Source of the DNA: Laetmonice hystrix
Taxonomy: Eukaryota
Assembly (NCBI GenBank): GCA_965235115.1
Contig: OZ249436.1
Span: 37,388,001-37,448,000 of the forward strand
DNA length: 60,000 bases
Reading direction: 5' to 3'
In this document: piece after piece, positions 1 to 12,500 of the stretch
Layout: each line of letters starts with the position of its first letter
Numbering within the stretch: the stretch's first letter is position 1
The notes under the pieces: generated by a model
The model's database searches: none
What the model was told of the DNA's origin: nothing
What the model saw: the letters and a program-made list of their open reading frames with translations, nothing else
Made by a program: the position numbers and the translations under genes

Positions 1-1623
1 GCCCTCTCATTACGCTACTACATATTTATATACACTTTCTCCGCCGTTAGTTATGTCTAATATGACGGCATGACGTGCACTGTATGGCTGCTTCCTCAAG
101 ACCACCAACCTCACCGTGTTTGAAAGGTTATTTCGCCTTATGACGTAAAACGATGGCCATGCATTTAACACCACCATGTTACCATGTTTTTTATGACCAG
201 AGATCTCCTGGACGGAAAGATTGTGTATAAATAACACACGCCCGGCGCCAGACTGGAATAGCTCCTTCCCTAAGGACGTCCCACCATAGATCCCAGTAGA
301 TAAATCTCATCAGTCTTCGGTCAGTAACGCCTCCTCGTTAAAAAAAACTCGTAGTCGGACATTGTACTAGAAAAAAGAGTAATACTAGGCGAAGAGCAGT
401 GTGCTATTGAGAGATCTCTAATATGATGAGATGACCAGATAGAAACCTCCCTCCCCCTCCATGTTGTAATTCTCTAGATATGAATCGTTGATCTTCGGAT
501 CCCCTGTCGTATAAATAATCAGAGCATAGGCCTGGAATCTGGCAGCATGACGTCATCGCTCCCGACCAATGGGCTTACATCATTAACGAGCGCCTGGTAT
601 GTCCTAATCGGTGTCCATGGGTGGCATGGGGCACGCCCCTGTTTTCGTGAATGTGCTCGTGGGTATAATCCAGTAGATAATGTCGATAACTAACTGGTCT
701 GCGAGTGCGACATTTCCTTTCTTGCCTTTGCTTGCTATCAACATAAATGGTTCGCGGCAGTTCTATGGATTGGATCGCTGACATTCGTTTGACAACCTAG
801 CTTTCCTGTCAGCCATTTAGGTTAGGACTTTGGCGATTGCGCGTCAATTCAAGAAAGTTATTCTGGCAGTAAAAGTAGCCACCCTTGGGGTTCAATCCCA
901 TCGTAAAGCAACACCGTGAAGATGATCTAGTAACGTTTGAGGTACAGATGAGACATTGAGTTTCTACTGGCTCGGGGAATTAACGATGCTTCCTAAATCT
1001 TCTTGAATAAAGACAAATTGAGTTGACCGCGTTTGTCTACCGCAAGCACGATCAACGACTTTAGCTTTCCACTTTTTTTCTGTTCTTATTTTCCTCCTAT
1101 ACAAACAGCCTGGGAAATCTAGGCTATATGTATAATGTATCATAGAAAATGACGTCAGCCAGCGGTACCCCAGGGGGGTTGTAAATCCGCTGTGTAGTGT
1201 CCACGCAAATGTCCATCAGATGTAGTAAAAGCTGGGCGTGTTTCCGTCACGTTATCCCCGTACCATGCCAACCGACACCACCACGGCTGCACACAAGTCA
1301 TATGAGATTTGTATCGCCTTTCTTCAAGGTGTTCATGTTTCCGCAACCGAGATGAACACAGGTGATGTGTAGGCGTAATTGAGTTGGACCCATTCTGGTC
1401 CGAGAGTCTTGGATCTTGGACATACAACACGATTGGAAATCGTGTCGAAGCAAGAGAGGCCACATCAGATGCCAAGTCCCAGAAGGTATGTCATTGTCAT
1501 TCATGACGTTAAACGTGAATCTAATTATACCATGTTCTGATAGGTTCCTGTGTGTGTTCCGGTTTATTGTTCACTACCGGCGTCAGGGACATGAACACAC
1601 CTCACGCTCAGATCTATTAAAAT

Positions 1624-1738
1624 CAGGAATCCATGTGTCCGTAGTGCGTATTGCGTAATGAAAACACGTATGACGCACACATGGAATCACTCCAACTTGT
1701 TTCCATTCATTTTGAAGAATACGCATTACGCACTACGA
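1624..1738. mobile_element. Truncated or degenerate copy of the CAGGAATC MITE family (fuller copy at 17216)
   Basis: Shares CAGGAATCCATGTGTCCGTAGTGCGTATTGCGT with 17216 and the internal inverted motif ACGCATTACGCACTACG. The right terminus is not evident. Confidence 0.6.
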
Positions 1739-2998
1739 ATTAGGCCTATGGTGAGGTGAGGCATTTTTCAAAATACAACACCGGCAGCGAAGTGGTCACA
1801 TGACCTTGCATGCCCTGACTCTGAACCAGAGACCGAGACAGGTCTATTGCCGAATCCCTAAACCAGGATTCCAGAGGGACTATATCTGGCAGATATAACT
1901 CCGCCTACGAACAGTGTTCAGACTGAGGTAAGCTGGCGGTCTTTAGCCTCCCAGCCGATACATCGCTGTCTGAACACAACATCAGATAAAGTGACGGCCG
2001 CAGGTTCGTTTCGTAATGGTTTGGATATCTTTAGATCGCTCTCTGAGCCGGAAGACTAATCAAAGATGGCTGGAGTCGAGGACATCGGGCAACTGCTGTG
2101 TCAGACAGTGACAGCTCGTCTAGTCGATATTACTCGATCATCAAATCGGTGTGTATAGGTACAATCAAAACTAGATGACGCTACATTTCTCCAATGGTTA
2201 CGATAAATTTTCTCTCATATTTTTTTCTTTCCTTCTTCATTCATTCATTCATTCATTCATTTTCCTGTTCAGTGCAACAAATACACTGTTTATTGTCACC
2301 TGACATGACTAGAGAGATGGCACTTTTTGACCTACATATGAGAATGTATCGGTATTATAGGATCGGGTAAGCTTGTACGCTATCGTACTCACCCCCCTAC
2401 ACGTGCATTGATCTGCTTATTGTGGATGAAATGTTTTACCAACGTCAATACCGACCTCCGTGATGGAGTAGCAGTGGTACTCAGTCCACAGAGATCATTC
2501 GTACCTGTACCACTGCACCCATACATACCAGACGTCGAATATTCTGTACTGGAGGTCGCACGTCAACTCGCAGGTGGTAGTCTCGTCTCTCCATGTCTAT
2601 TTAGGGTAACTCGATGACAAAACGAGACTACACCTATGCACACACCAGTTTACACTGCACTGTAAGCTCAGAAACACGTTTTACCTTTGCTGTAATTTTC
2701 AATTCGAAAAGTGGGAAAATGATCAAAGATGTTCGCATTCAACAGAAAATAATCGTTTCGGATAAAAGTAGGGGCGTTTCGTACTAATGACCACGGTCAC
2801 CTCTCCCACGAGCCAGACCCAGGCCCAGACGAGGTCAGAGAGCTAGGACGCATCGATCATCATTGGCAATCCGAGCTGAATCGGTCGTGCACTTTGGAGA
2901 GCCACACTGCGATCTTACCCCACGGTATATTGCGACCCATATAAAAACCAACCTGACTCACGAACTGACTCACGAAACTGTATAGTAAGTGTTGTATA

Positions 2999-3593
2999 GA
3001 TACAACACTTTCCAAAATGTTTTAAATGGGGGTTGAACTGGATGACCTTCCGAGTTCCCAACGCTGCTGGAAGTCTTTATAAAGCGTTGCTAGACCTAAT
3101 TTTTGTTAGACCTAAATTAACTCAATGCCTGGCGCATGGATACGCCATCCAATATTTGTATACATAATAATATCCTGAGAATATCTACTGGCCTTTGTAG
3201 TGTCTGCCTCTGTGGTATTTTAATGGATCGTTCGATAAAATTAGAACTATATATAGGGGTCTATTATATGTTAGATCTAACCTTCTATTTACAGCTAAAC
3301 CGCGGGTCGTCCTTAGAGAATTTTGAGCAGCAGCACGCCAAAATAATGCCATTTATAACTATGAAATAAGGATTGATTTTTATTACTTTCAGGTTTACAT
3401 CAATATTAAGTCTGACTACTCCTCACACTAGTATCAACTAGAACGATACAACACTTTCCAAAATGTTTTAAATGGGGGTTGATCTGGATGACCTTCCGAG
3501 TTCCCAACGCTGCTGGAAGTCTTTATAAAGCGTTGCTAGACCTAATTTTTGTTAGACCTAAATTAACTCAATGCCTGGCGCATGGATACGCCA
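2999..3593 (+). repeat. 149-bp direct duplication (2999-3147 and 3445-3593)
   Basis: GATACAACACTTTCC...CATGGATACGCCA occurs twice with one visible mismatch (GAACT vs GATCT), separated by about 297 bp of unrelated sequence. Confidence 0.95.
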
Positions 3594-3633
3594 CTCCACC
3601 TTCGGTGTCGTGCCGTATCCATGCGCCATGCAT
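3571..3633. other. 63-nt stem-loop
   Basis: A 15-bp perfect stem (TGGCGCATGGATACG / CGTATCCATGCGCCA) is extended by ATGC/GCAT, CAC/GTG and a CACC-TTC-GGTG apex. Confidence 0.85.
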
Positions 3634-5229
3634 CTCGTTTCATACTTCGCACCGTAGAGGAGCCTCATCCTGTTATGTGTTTGCAGAAAGAAAATGTTGC
3701 AGGCACTGACCGTGATCTTCATCTTCACATCAACGTAAAGTCATATCTTCCTCCTCTTATTTCCACAGCAATGAACCAATTTGGCGGCATCAATCTTTCA
3801 TTACTCGGAAGAATGTGGTGTAGAAACCAGCATCCAACCTTCATTACGCCCTGGTAAGGGATGCTATGCACAGTCGTCGCCTTCAAAGCAAGACACAACG
3901 CACAACTGCATCGCAGACTCCACTCAACTTTCTATCTACAAAATGATCACTAACATCGAGAAAATAAATTCTCGGATAGTCGCACCAAGTAACTCTGGCA
4001 GCAATCATGTACAGATACATGTATATCCGCCAAAGTCACCTTTTTGCAGACCGCCGTGCATGGTACTGGATTTCCGCTAAAAAAGGACGTTGATGTAATA
4101 TAGCCGGGAGATAATGATTAAAGTTTAATAATGTTACTGACTTGTAAAAACTTTTTTTTGGAGGGGGGGGGGGCATTCATTTATCGCAGGCCTATGAAAT
4201 GTATTTCCTCGTGCTCACATACACTCAAAATAATTGATATTCCATGACCAATGCAACCCGGGTTAATCAGTCGAGACCGCCAGCAACAGCTCTGCAGACT
4301 TATACGGTACACCCACATGACATGGGCAATAATACAATTTCAATAATCTTTGAAGAAAGTTGAGGAGAAATGTTGGCAGTTGTCTCTGGTTTCCGCACCT
4401 GTGTCCAGGTAGGGCGTCTACACTAAAAGAGATGAGGAGGTCAATCTTATACTTAAACAGGTGTGAAACGTTTTTCTCTGAAGTACATCATAATGATAAT
4501 TTTATTTACATAGCGGGACATAACTTGTCCGGCGCCTAGTGTTCCTCTGACATAACCTGCGGCAGATATCAGTAAATATAGTGGTATGTATGGTCAATGA
4601 ACTAGGCAGTAAATGAGCACCAAATCAAGGAAAACTCCCCTGCCTGTTGTGGCTACAACTGACCGTTTCATTTCAACAAGATGGCATGGCAACCAACACG
4701 CAAATATACTTCAATGTTGGGTGACACTGGCCTTCAGCCTAATTCAAAATGCAGGTAGCTCCAAGTAGGCGTAAGAGATTTCTTCGGATAAATCTCTATA
4801 GCTGTTGATTATTTTATTTCGTAAAGCGTGTAGACTTTTAAAAAAAAAAAACTTTCTGCACAGTCTTAAGCTTGTACAAGTTCAGCGAAAGTTTCCCTTC
4901 GCATAAACTCCAACAAAACTTAGCAACTTAGTTTATATCCCGCATCGGTTAAAATCATCGAAATTCAGTAGTGGAGGAGAGATTATTGCATCCGTCCGTC
5001 AGCGTGAAGGGCCTTATCCACAGGCCCAACCGGCCGGCCGATTTTGCAATGGTTGGCCGTGGTGGACAATAATGAAGAATGCATCTCACCGAAAACATAA
5101 AAGCAAGTATTCGTGATTTTTTATTTTACGGCCAACCATAACGATAAAATGCCTAAAATAGCACTGTCAAAACAACAACCAAAGCTCCATCAATAGGTCT
5201 TGAGGCATCAAACACCCTCATCCATTATC

Positions 5230-5990
5230 GTGAATTTATTTACAGTTGAAGTAGAATTTGGTAAAGTTGAAGCTTCTAGAAAACGTCCATTTATCTCCAA
5301 GCGTTTTTAAGAGTTTACTCATACAGTATCATACAACAAACTTAAATTAACATACAATCACAAACTGAATGCGTTGGTTCTTATTGAAACATTCTAGAGA
5401 GAACGGGGAACCTTCGTGTATAAAAAAAAAATCGAAGGAGAGCTAGGGGTAACTGTATACTCTTACTGAGCAAAATCCTCTGCTTTTACCCATTTTAGAG
5501 GCCTGAAACTAATCTCAAAATAATCTACAAAAGGGCTATAACTCAAGAATTTCTACTAATTAATACACCTGTAATACGAAGTTATGGCGCCTGCAAATCT
5601 AAGAGACTGTCGCGGTTTGTCTGGACGCCACAGGGCTACAGCTCAAATCTATTCACGGAGGATATTACTGTCTGTCGATTATAGTTTTTATCAGAACTCC
5701 TAATTAGCGGTGGGTGGTACCGGGAAAACAATCATAGATCAGATTTATCTTACAACGCCAAGTCATTTCACCCTTTGATCGACCAATTAAGAGAACTATA
5801 TATTACATATTATCTTCAGGCCATTCATGCCGCATCACTATAAAAATGTATACATCATTAAACATCAAGGAATGCAAGGTCCCACATATAGCCGCCATAG
5901 AGACTTCCATTGGTATATTCATTGGAAGATATCCTAAAGCATTATCCATCGGTAAACTGAATACGAAGTGGGACCTTGAAAAAGGCAACA
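5230..5990 (-). mobile_element. Highly degenerate non-LTR retrotransposon RT fragments
   Basis: Minus-strand remnants: 5840-5990 'SRSHFV...EVSMAAICGTLHSLMFNDV' resembles 'NRxQFV...GVPQGSILGPLLFLIFINDL'. 5230-5400 'YDTV...INGRFLE...NSTSTV' resembles RT domain 3. Motif matching by eye only. Confidence 0.35.
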
Positions 5991-8770
5991 TCTAGTGCTC
6001 CTCCCCCCCCCCCCCCATCGCATCTCACCCCACTGCTGCCACACAGCTATAGTATGCCGGACCACCACTTCAACCAGCAACTTGTGTTATCTACACATAG
6101 CGTTGGAAGGGATAAGCCAATGTAACTGACGCCGGTTATTCAAGGAGTAGGAGCCACACTTAGAATTCGAGGGTTTCACGGGGACGACCTTTGGGAATCT
6201 ATCTTCCACGTCTGTATACAGTCGAAAAGAGAAACTACGCGTTATTTCAAAGTTCCATCTAAGGGTGGTCTAAACTGGATGCAATTCATCTTCATCACTT
6301 ACCAGGCCCTTCGCCCTGCGATACAATTCTTTCCATGCGAGTTGAGCCTTTCATATAAAAAGAACTTGGTGCAAACGGTGCCATCCTTGAACGCTTAAAA
6401 CCGCGTTCATGCATGCTATGTCTGTAAGTGTGAATCGATAACAAGGACCACTCGAGAAGAGGTTCTTTTAAAATACTTTTTTTAAACGACAGAACCTTTG
6501 AAGGACACTAGACCATTTGGTCGCAATGTAATTAATTTCCTTCGTGATATTTGTCTGATGAAAGTATATAATCACCATAACAAGCAAAACCATAGCCTTC
6601 TGCTTTTATCTATGAGACCGAAGCAGCTGTGTTATAAAACGCCCATGCAAAGCAAAAGGAAAGGGCATACAATCTAATCTGAGCCCAGTCTTGTGGTGTG
6701 ACCTCAAGGTACAGGTTTGAAACCAAGAAATTGAAGGCAAGGACAGACATCACCGTACGGATGCAGACAGAGTGGGAAACATGAAACAACGTGTTGTACC
6801 ACACGCCTTGCCCATACGCGATAGATCTATTTCAAAAACTAACTTAATCATAATTTTTCTAATGCCGAGAGTAAATAATAGTTCAGCATACTGAAGCCAT
6901 ATCTCCACAAGGCAACACAAATTGTTTTCTCTGTCTGGTCAATTACCTTTGTAATTGTAACCTCATGGAATGCACCTTCGATTTTCATTCTTTGTGTAAT
7001 TATTATTTGAATGCTATGAGATAAATAATTGTTATGCTCGGAATAACACAATATTGCTGTCTAAAGCTGTTTTCAATATCCCCTTACCAGGTGGTAACCA
7101 ACAAGAACTGCCATTAAGACAAGGTCAAGGTCACGACAAATCAGCTGCAGCCGGTGATGTTTGATGCCTGGAAGCTTGGCGATGCTATAGCAGCAGAGCA
7201 CGAAGGGGAAACACCCTATCAACAAGCCTGGAGGGCTGGCGCTCGTGCTAGCCGAGGTACTGTTCCGAGAGGGGCCTTTCCTCCAACGGGCGCCCGTATC
7301 ATTTGTCTCCCAGTGCCACGGCATGGCGACTGCTTGAATGGGTAATTTTACAGGAACTGCGAAATATCTGTAGAAAGGCTTTAAACCTATGAACTCCCAT
7401 TTAATTATTATATATGACGACGGGTGAATTATTTTAAGTCAGAACTTCTAGGCTCATTGCTTAGAAATGGCGTTTTGTGACAAATAATATCTGTCACTTC
7501 CGGAACATAGAATGGCAAATAAAGAATAGCTGATCATCGTTATTTTAGATAAGAACTAGCTACTACAAATGCCATTTTCTTGAAGAATATTTTAGGCTAC
7601 TCGTAGTTCTAAGGCATTTTGAAATAGCGTATTCTTTCTAACTGACATAAAACCTTCATTTTCGAATTCCTCTTAAAAAAATAAACTTAACCCTTTTTTT
7701 GCTATGATTTCGGCTTAAGCCTGTCTCAAATTATCCTCTACATTGACGCAAAATAAAAATGTTTTTTCCCCCTTACGGCGCTTTTAATTGGCGCTTTACT
7801 TTTTATAAAAGATGGACCATGCACCACTGGCCACCGTTGATGGATTTTAAAGTTTAATGTTGATATCGGAATGCAGCACGTGCGCCAAGGCATGCATGAA
7901 GTCATGCATGCCCTGCAGGGAAGCAATATTGTCCTCAATGCTGAAAAAAAATCGGAAGCCTCGCAAAATTATTACACCGAACGTTCGTAAAACATTATGC
8001 TACAATATTACTTCAAGCATGGTAAAACAAATATTATGTTTACTTATTAAATTCATGGTATTGTCATAGACGTCTATCAGAGGTTTGAATTTAAAGATTT
8101 TGTGTGTGTGTGTGTGTGATATAATAAAAGATAAGTTTGCGAAACCCACATTTTGAAAGAATAATATTGGTGCCTTTCAAATTATAGCTGCAAAACATTT
8201 CTGTCTCTACTCGGAAACTCATTGCATTCTGACGTGTGGGTCGTTGGCATGACGCTTCCTATAACGGTAATTTGGTATTTTTCTGTCTTGTTTACCTAGC
8301 GCTCGGGCTAACATGCAAGAGCCTCGTCATGCCGGTCCGTGGAGTGGGGAGGGGGTTGGTTTGGGTATGACATTTGTGGGAGTTACTTTAGTGGGCATTT
8401 ACTGCGACCAAGTCAGCCTGCATGATAATGGTGTGACTGTTGGGTCCGACAAACGCCTGCCACAGAAACCTTTGATAAATGACCACTGCTAGAGTAGAGG
8501 TGGTCCAGAGAATCAGGCAAGGCTTGAGGTCGTATCACTTACGTTCTTGTCAGTTTTAAACCAATGTGTTTATCGTTTTAACCAGACTCTGGTTAGCATC
8601 AAAGACATCCTCCCCGAATTTTCACAGTTGCATTACTTGAGCGACGTTGCATGTTTGGGGCAAGGGTTACCGCTGTTTTCTCTCGAGCCAATAGGCCAGT
8701 AGGCAATCGGAAAATACCTCGAACGCCCCTTGGTTAATCACAAAAACCTAGGTGAGGTTCTTGTAATGTT

Positions 8771-8945
8771 CAGGGCCCGGTTTCAGAAAGGTTAGCATGA
8801 TCTTAACTTAAGCTCTGCTTCGCCTTTTAGGACCCCTGATTGGCTGGTCATCTGCTGCTCAGCTTCAACCAGCCAATCAGGGGTCCTAAAAGGCTAAGCA
8901 GAGCTTAAGTTAAGATCATGCTAACCTTTCTGATACCGGGCCCTG
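8771..8945. mobile_element. Near-perfect palindromic MITE, PIF/Harbinger-like
   Basis: Arms of about 77 bp (CAGGGCCCGGTTTCAGAAAGGTTAGCATGATCTTAACTTAAGCTCTGCTT...GATTGGCTGG and its reverse complement) show about 2 mismatches around a ~20-nt loop. GGCCC...GGGCC ends are flanked by CAG/CTG (CWG), as expected for Harbinger. The family assignment is inferred. Confidence 0.85.
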
Positions 8946-9129
8946 GAGGGACAGTTTCGATTTCAGAAAAAGAGTCCCTCTCCATAAAAGACCAAAAAAA
9001 TGAATTTGACTTTGCTCGTTATTGGTAAATAGTGACAGGATTGGCGGTCTGGTAAACACTGCTGGACCGGCTCTTGAATTCGTGTCGCTTCTTTTTCTGG
9101 TTATCGGTTTATTTTGATCTCACCTGTCA

Positions 9130-9800
9130 TCCTTCTATACATGGCACATCTGCGCTCTTTGGAATTACACATTCAAAGCCGGGCGACTTGACAGCCACGT
9201 TGCTTGATTGGACCAAAGATGTAATGCAGTTGCGACTTAATTCTCGCGTCACCAAAGAAATTAAAACGCTTGAAATCTGGAACAGGTGATCGTCAGCAAA
9301 TATGCGACAACATATTATCTCCTGTACCAGCCGTAAACGATTCAGCACCTCATACGTCAAACAAAGTGGCTGAGGGTATTTTCTCAATAATACACCAAAC
9401 GCCAACGCACGCTTCCCTAGCTTCCCCCTTGGTGGCTAGCCAGTTGTTGTTGCTTGGCACTGAATACCTGACGACTTGGCAAGCTTTCTTGACGTGGCTG
9501 ATAATGAGAGACCAGACTAATTACGAATACAGTACGGAAGGTGATTTCGACGTCTAACATACGATCACCTCCCCCGGTCAACACACATTCAGGGCAATGA
9601 GAACGACTGTACTTACCGTTAGATATTACATGCCTTCTTCCATCCTGTTGAGGCATCTTTACTGAGCCATGGCAGGCTGGTATAGCTGGACAGCATCGTC
9701 ACCACACCCGGTACCCTTGGCAGGTAGGCCCTATGAAGATTAACCACAATGTTCCAGCGTACACAGCAAGAGTTAGAGACGAAAATTGTCGCCGGCAGGG
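9130..9800 (-). mobile_element. Degenerate LINE reverse transcriptase fossil
   Basis: Collinear remnants on the minus strand: 'FSSLTLAVYAGTL' (NYRxITLLSxxGK), 'PQQDGRR' (QxGFR), 'LDVEITFRTV' (LDxxKAFDTV), 'IPSATLFDV' (ILSPxLFN) and 'CRIFADD' (catalytic FADD). Frameshifted. Confidence 0.55.
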
Positions 9801-11350
9801 CGGCAACGTAATGGTGTTAGTCAGAGATAATGGCAGACGACCGAAGCCGAGTTGCCTAGTGTCGGTACCAGCTGGTGTATCGACAGAACATTCGGTTTGG
9901 TGCAGTAACGAGCTCAAGAGCGTTCGGTCTCTGTGGCCGCTAGGTGGCGGGACGTCATTCATGCAGAGCCAGTGCACTGCATCAACCGCACTACATGACC
10001 ACGTCAATCGGCATGAGGCGCAGCGTGACACCTCACGTAGAGTCCAGCATCCACGCCACACCAATCTGTGCCCGCGCCTCCACCCGTGGCCTTGAAGATA
10101 GAACGAGTTCCTACTTTGGAGCGTAGGCCTACGTCACCTCTGACTGCCACTGCGCAGGCTTTTCTGCTCAGCATCAGCAACTGTTCCTATACGGTCTTCA
10201 GAAAGTCAACGATGACGCCCGAGCAGTGTTGGCCTACCTGAGTCCATGCTGAAGAAGGCAGGCAGGCAGGCAGGCGGGCGGGTGTGCTGATCATGCCGTG
10301 GAAGATCCTGATTAATAAGGATGTACTCGTTGCGTTTGGTTAGCTTTTCGAACATCTCTCCCAGGCCAATCGATTGCAGGGTTTAGGAAGTCATAAATAG
10401 CAGTAGATCTATGTGTTCACATTTTTCCCTATCATGTTTTCATGGTGAAGTTCTGCCATCGATGTGCCCACGGCTCCCTTCCGTTATTATCTGTAAGAAA
10501 TGTGCCATCCCAATTTCATGCTTTTTGATTCATTAATAACGCATTTTGAATATTGATGATTATTTTATCTATTTTCAGAATGTTGTTTTCCCTGGATCAA
10601 TAATTACAACATTTCACTAACTGTAAACATCCTGCAATTCTGGAAAATAACAAGAAATAAACAGACATCGGCTTTTCCTGACTTTTTCAGACTTTTACCA
10701 GGTTTTCACGCAATTACTGTAAACGTTTCGCGAAAGGACAAATAAAGTTCGAAAAAACTAATTATAGGTTATTCTATGCCGATGAAGTGTTTACCCCCAT
10801 CACAAATGATCGATATTACACACTGTATAATCAAGACATGTTGATAAAGAACCCTGTTTGTAGTTTCCTGTAGTTTATGAGGAAAGGTTGGGTGGGAGTG
10901 TGTGGTAGTTTATGAGGAAGGGGGTTGGGTGTGAGTTATTGGAATCAATATATTCTGCGCACTCTTTCAAAGAACGTAAATTCATATTTCGTTCTTTACA
11001 TTTTGTCACTAAATTGTGTCAACCATATCATAAGTCATCCAAAACTGTTCTGTTAAAATTTCATGATCCTCGATTCGATTCACCCAAAATGGCACCATCC
11101 ATCCCCATGTGAACACATCCAGAAATTAAAATGAACAGTCTGCTGAAATAATAATTCAGAAGGTTTGTCAGCTTTAACAAACATGTTATTGCCCTAAAAA
11201 TGTAACCGTGAAACTCAGCAATGGTCACTGAAACAGATAACTTCCCAAACTCAGAAACATTTTACAAAAATGCATGGTGTAATAGGATAGTTAGTGAGGT
11301 AGAAATGTTACGTGCCAGTTACGACCTCCTCTGGCCTGGATACATTTCTA

Positions 11351-11590
11351 CAATGATCTGGAAAAACCTATCAAGTCCACTTTGCATCATTTTTGAGAAA
11401 ACTGGGACAAACAAATCATTCCTCCCATTGAGGTGCTGCAAACTCTAGGTTTTTCCAGGTCAAGAACTATGAAAAGCCTAGAGTTCTCTTGTATAGGACT
11501 AGATGAAAGGGTAAAAATTAGTAAGTCCAAAAAGGAGACTAACTCAAATTGGACAAAAACTCGACTTACTAGGTTTTTCCCAGATCACTG
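11351..11590. mobile_element. Tc1/mariner-type MITE, copy 1
   Basis: TA|CAATGATCTGGAAAAACCTA...TAGGTTTTTCCCAGATCACTG|TA. TIRs with TA flanks; the interior is shared with 18941-19170. Confidence 0.85.
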
Positions 11591-12049
11591 TAGATTTCTG
11601 CAGGTTCTCTTCATTTCTCAAACATTTCCTTAATAAGAAAAGCAATTAGAATGTGTATTGTTAACTGTTATATGATTTTCTATTATACCCAGCTGTCAGA
11701 GTAGGGATTCCAATGAATGGCCGAACCCTCAGTAACCTCATGCTCCGTCCTAGACAGTTAAAAAAAAGCCTTTTAAGTATCTAAGCTCTGTTATAAATTC
11801 TATCAAGAGTCTGAAACTGTAGTACTGTAGAATATATTTAGCCGCCGTGAATTAAAGGGAATCAATTAGGCCTACATCAAATATTCCAGAGATAACCTGT
11901 CCTGTCTGCACAAAAATATCATATAACAACGATCTAGGACCTCATTCTGTGTCAATTTACTTTTAATAATAGCGAAACTGGAGGAGCAAACGTGCCATTG
12001 TTAGCTTGGACGGTGAAAAATACGATCGCCTGTTACCCCGGCTTGTTTA

Positions 12050-12500
12050 CATTCCTGCCCGCCAGCACGACTGCCGAAACTGAAACCAAGCATGACCCCG
12101 ATGTACCGAAACCGGTGTTCATGTATACGACAGACTACACGGCAATATTCTACCAAACATGATTGGCATCTGGTCTCAGATGAATTTGTAAACATGCAGG
12201 AATCTTCCTAACATAAGATGTAGTTGGTTCCCTTTAAGTATAATCGACCTGTGATGTGTGACATTGGTTTGACCGTCATGTCGTGCCTCTTTCTGGAAGG
12301 ACCTCTAGCATGACCCACATGTCGCTGTCAGGTCAGTGCGTGTCGTTTGATGCATTCGCCACCACAAACCTTGCCCAGTTCCAACGTCTTTCATTGACCG
12401 TCCCCTGCCTAGGCAGTGTTGCGTTATTCCGCAATAGACCTGCAGTAGCGTGTCAGCAGGAATATCTTGGCAGCAGTAGAAAACACGAGGCGCTTCCATA
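12050..12500 (-). mobile_element. Degenerate CR1/L2-type LINE ORF2 C-terminal fossil
   Basis: 'IPADTLLQVYCGI', 'FLHVYKFI*DQMPIMF' and 'FRYIGVML' occur in the order of the post-RT motifs (TLxxLYxSL; MYKxxNxxxP; SFxYxGxxLWN). Confidence 0.35.

Noticed and set aside
10127..10252. Possible terminal exon (AYVTSDCHCAGFSAQHQQLFLYGLQKVNDDARAVLAYLSPC)
   Set aside because: The acceptor is weak, the family is unrecognisable and no partner exons were found.
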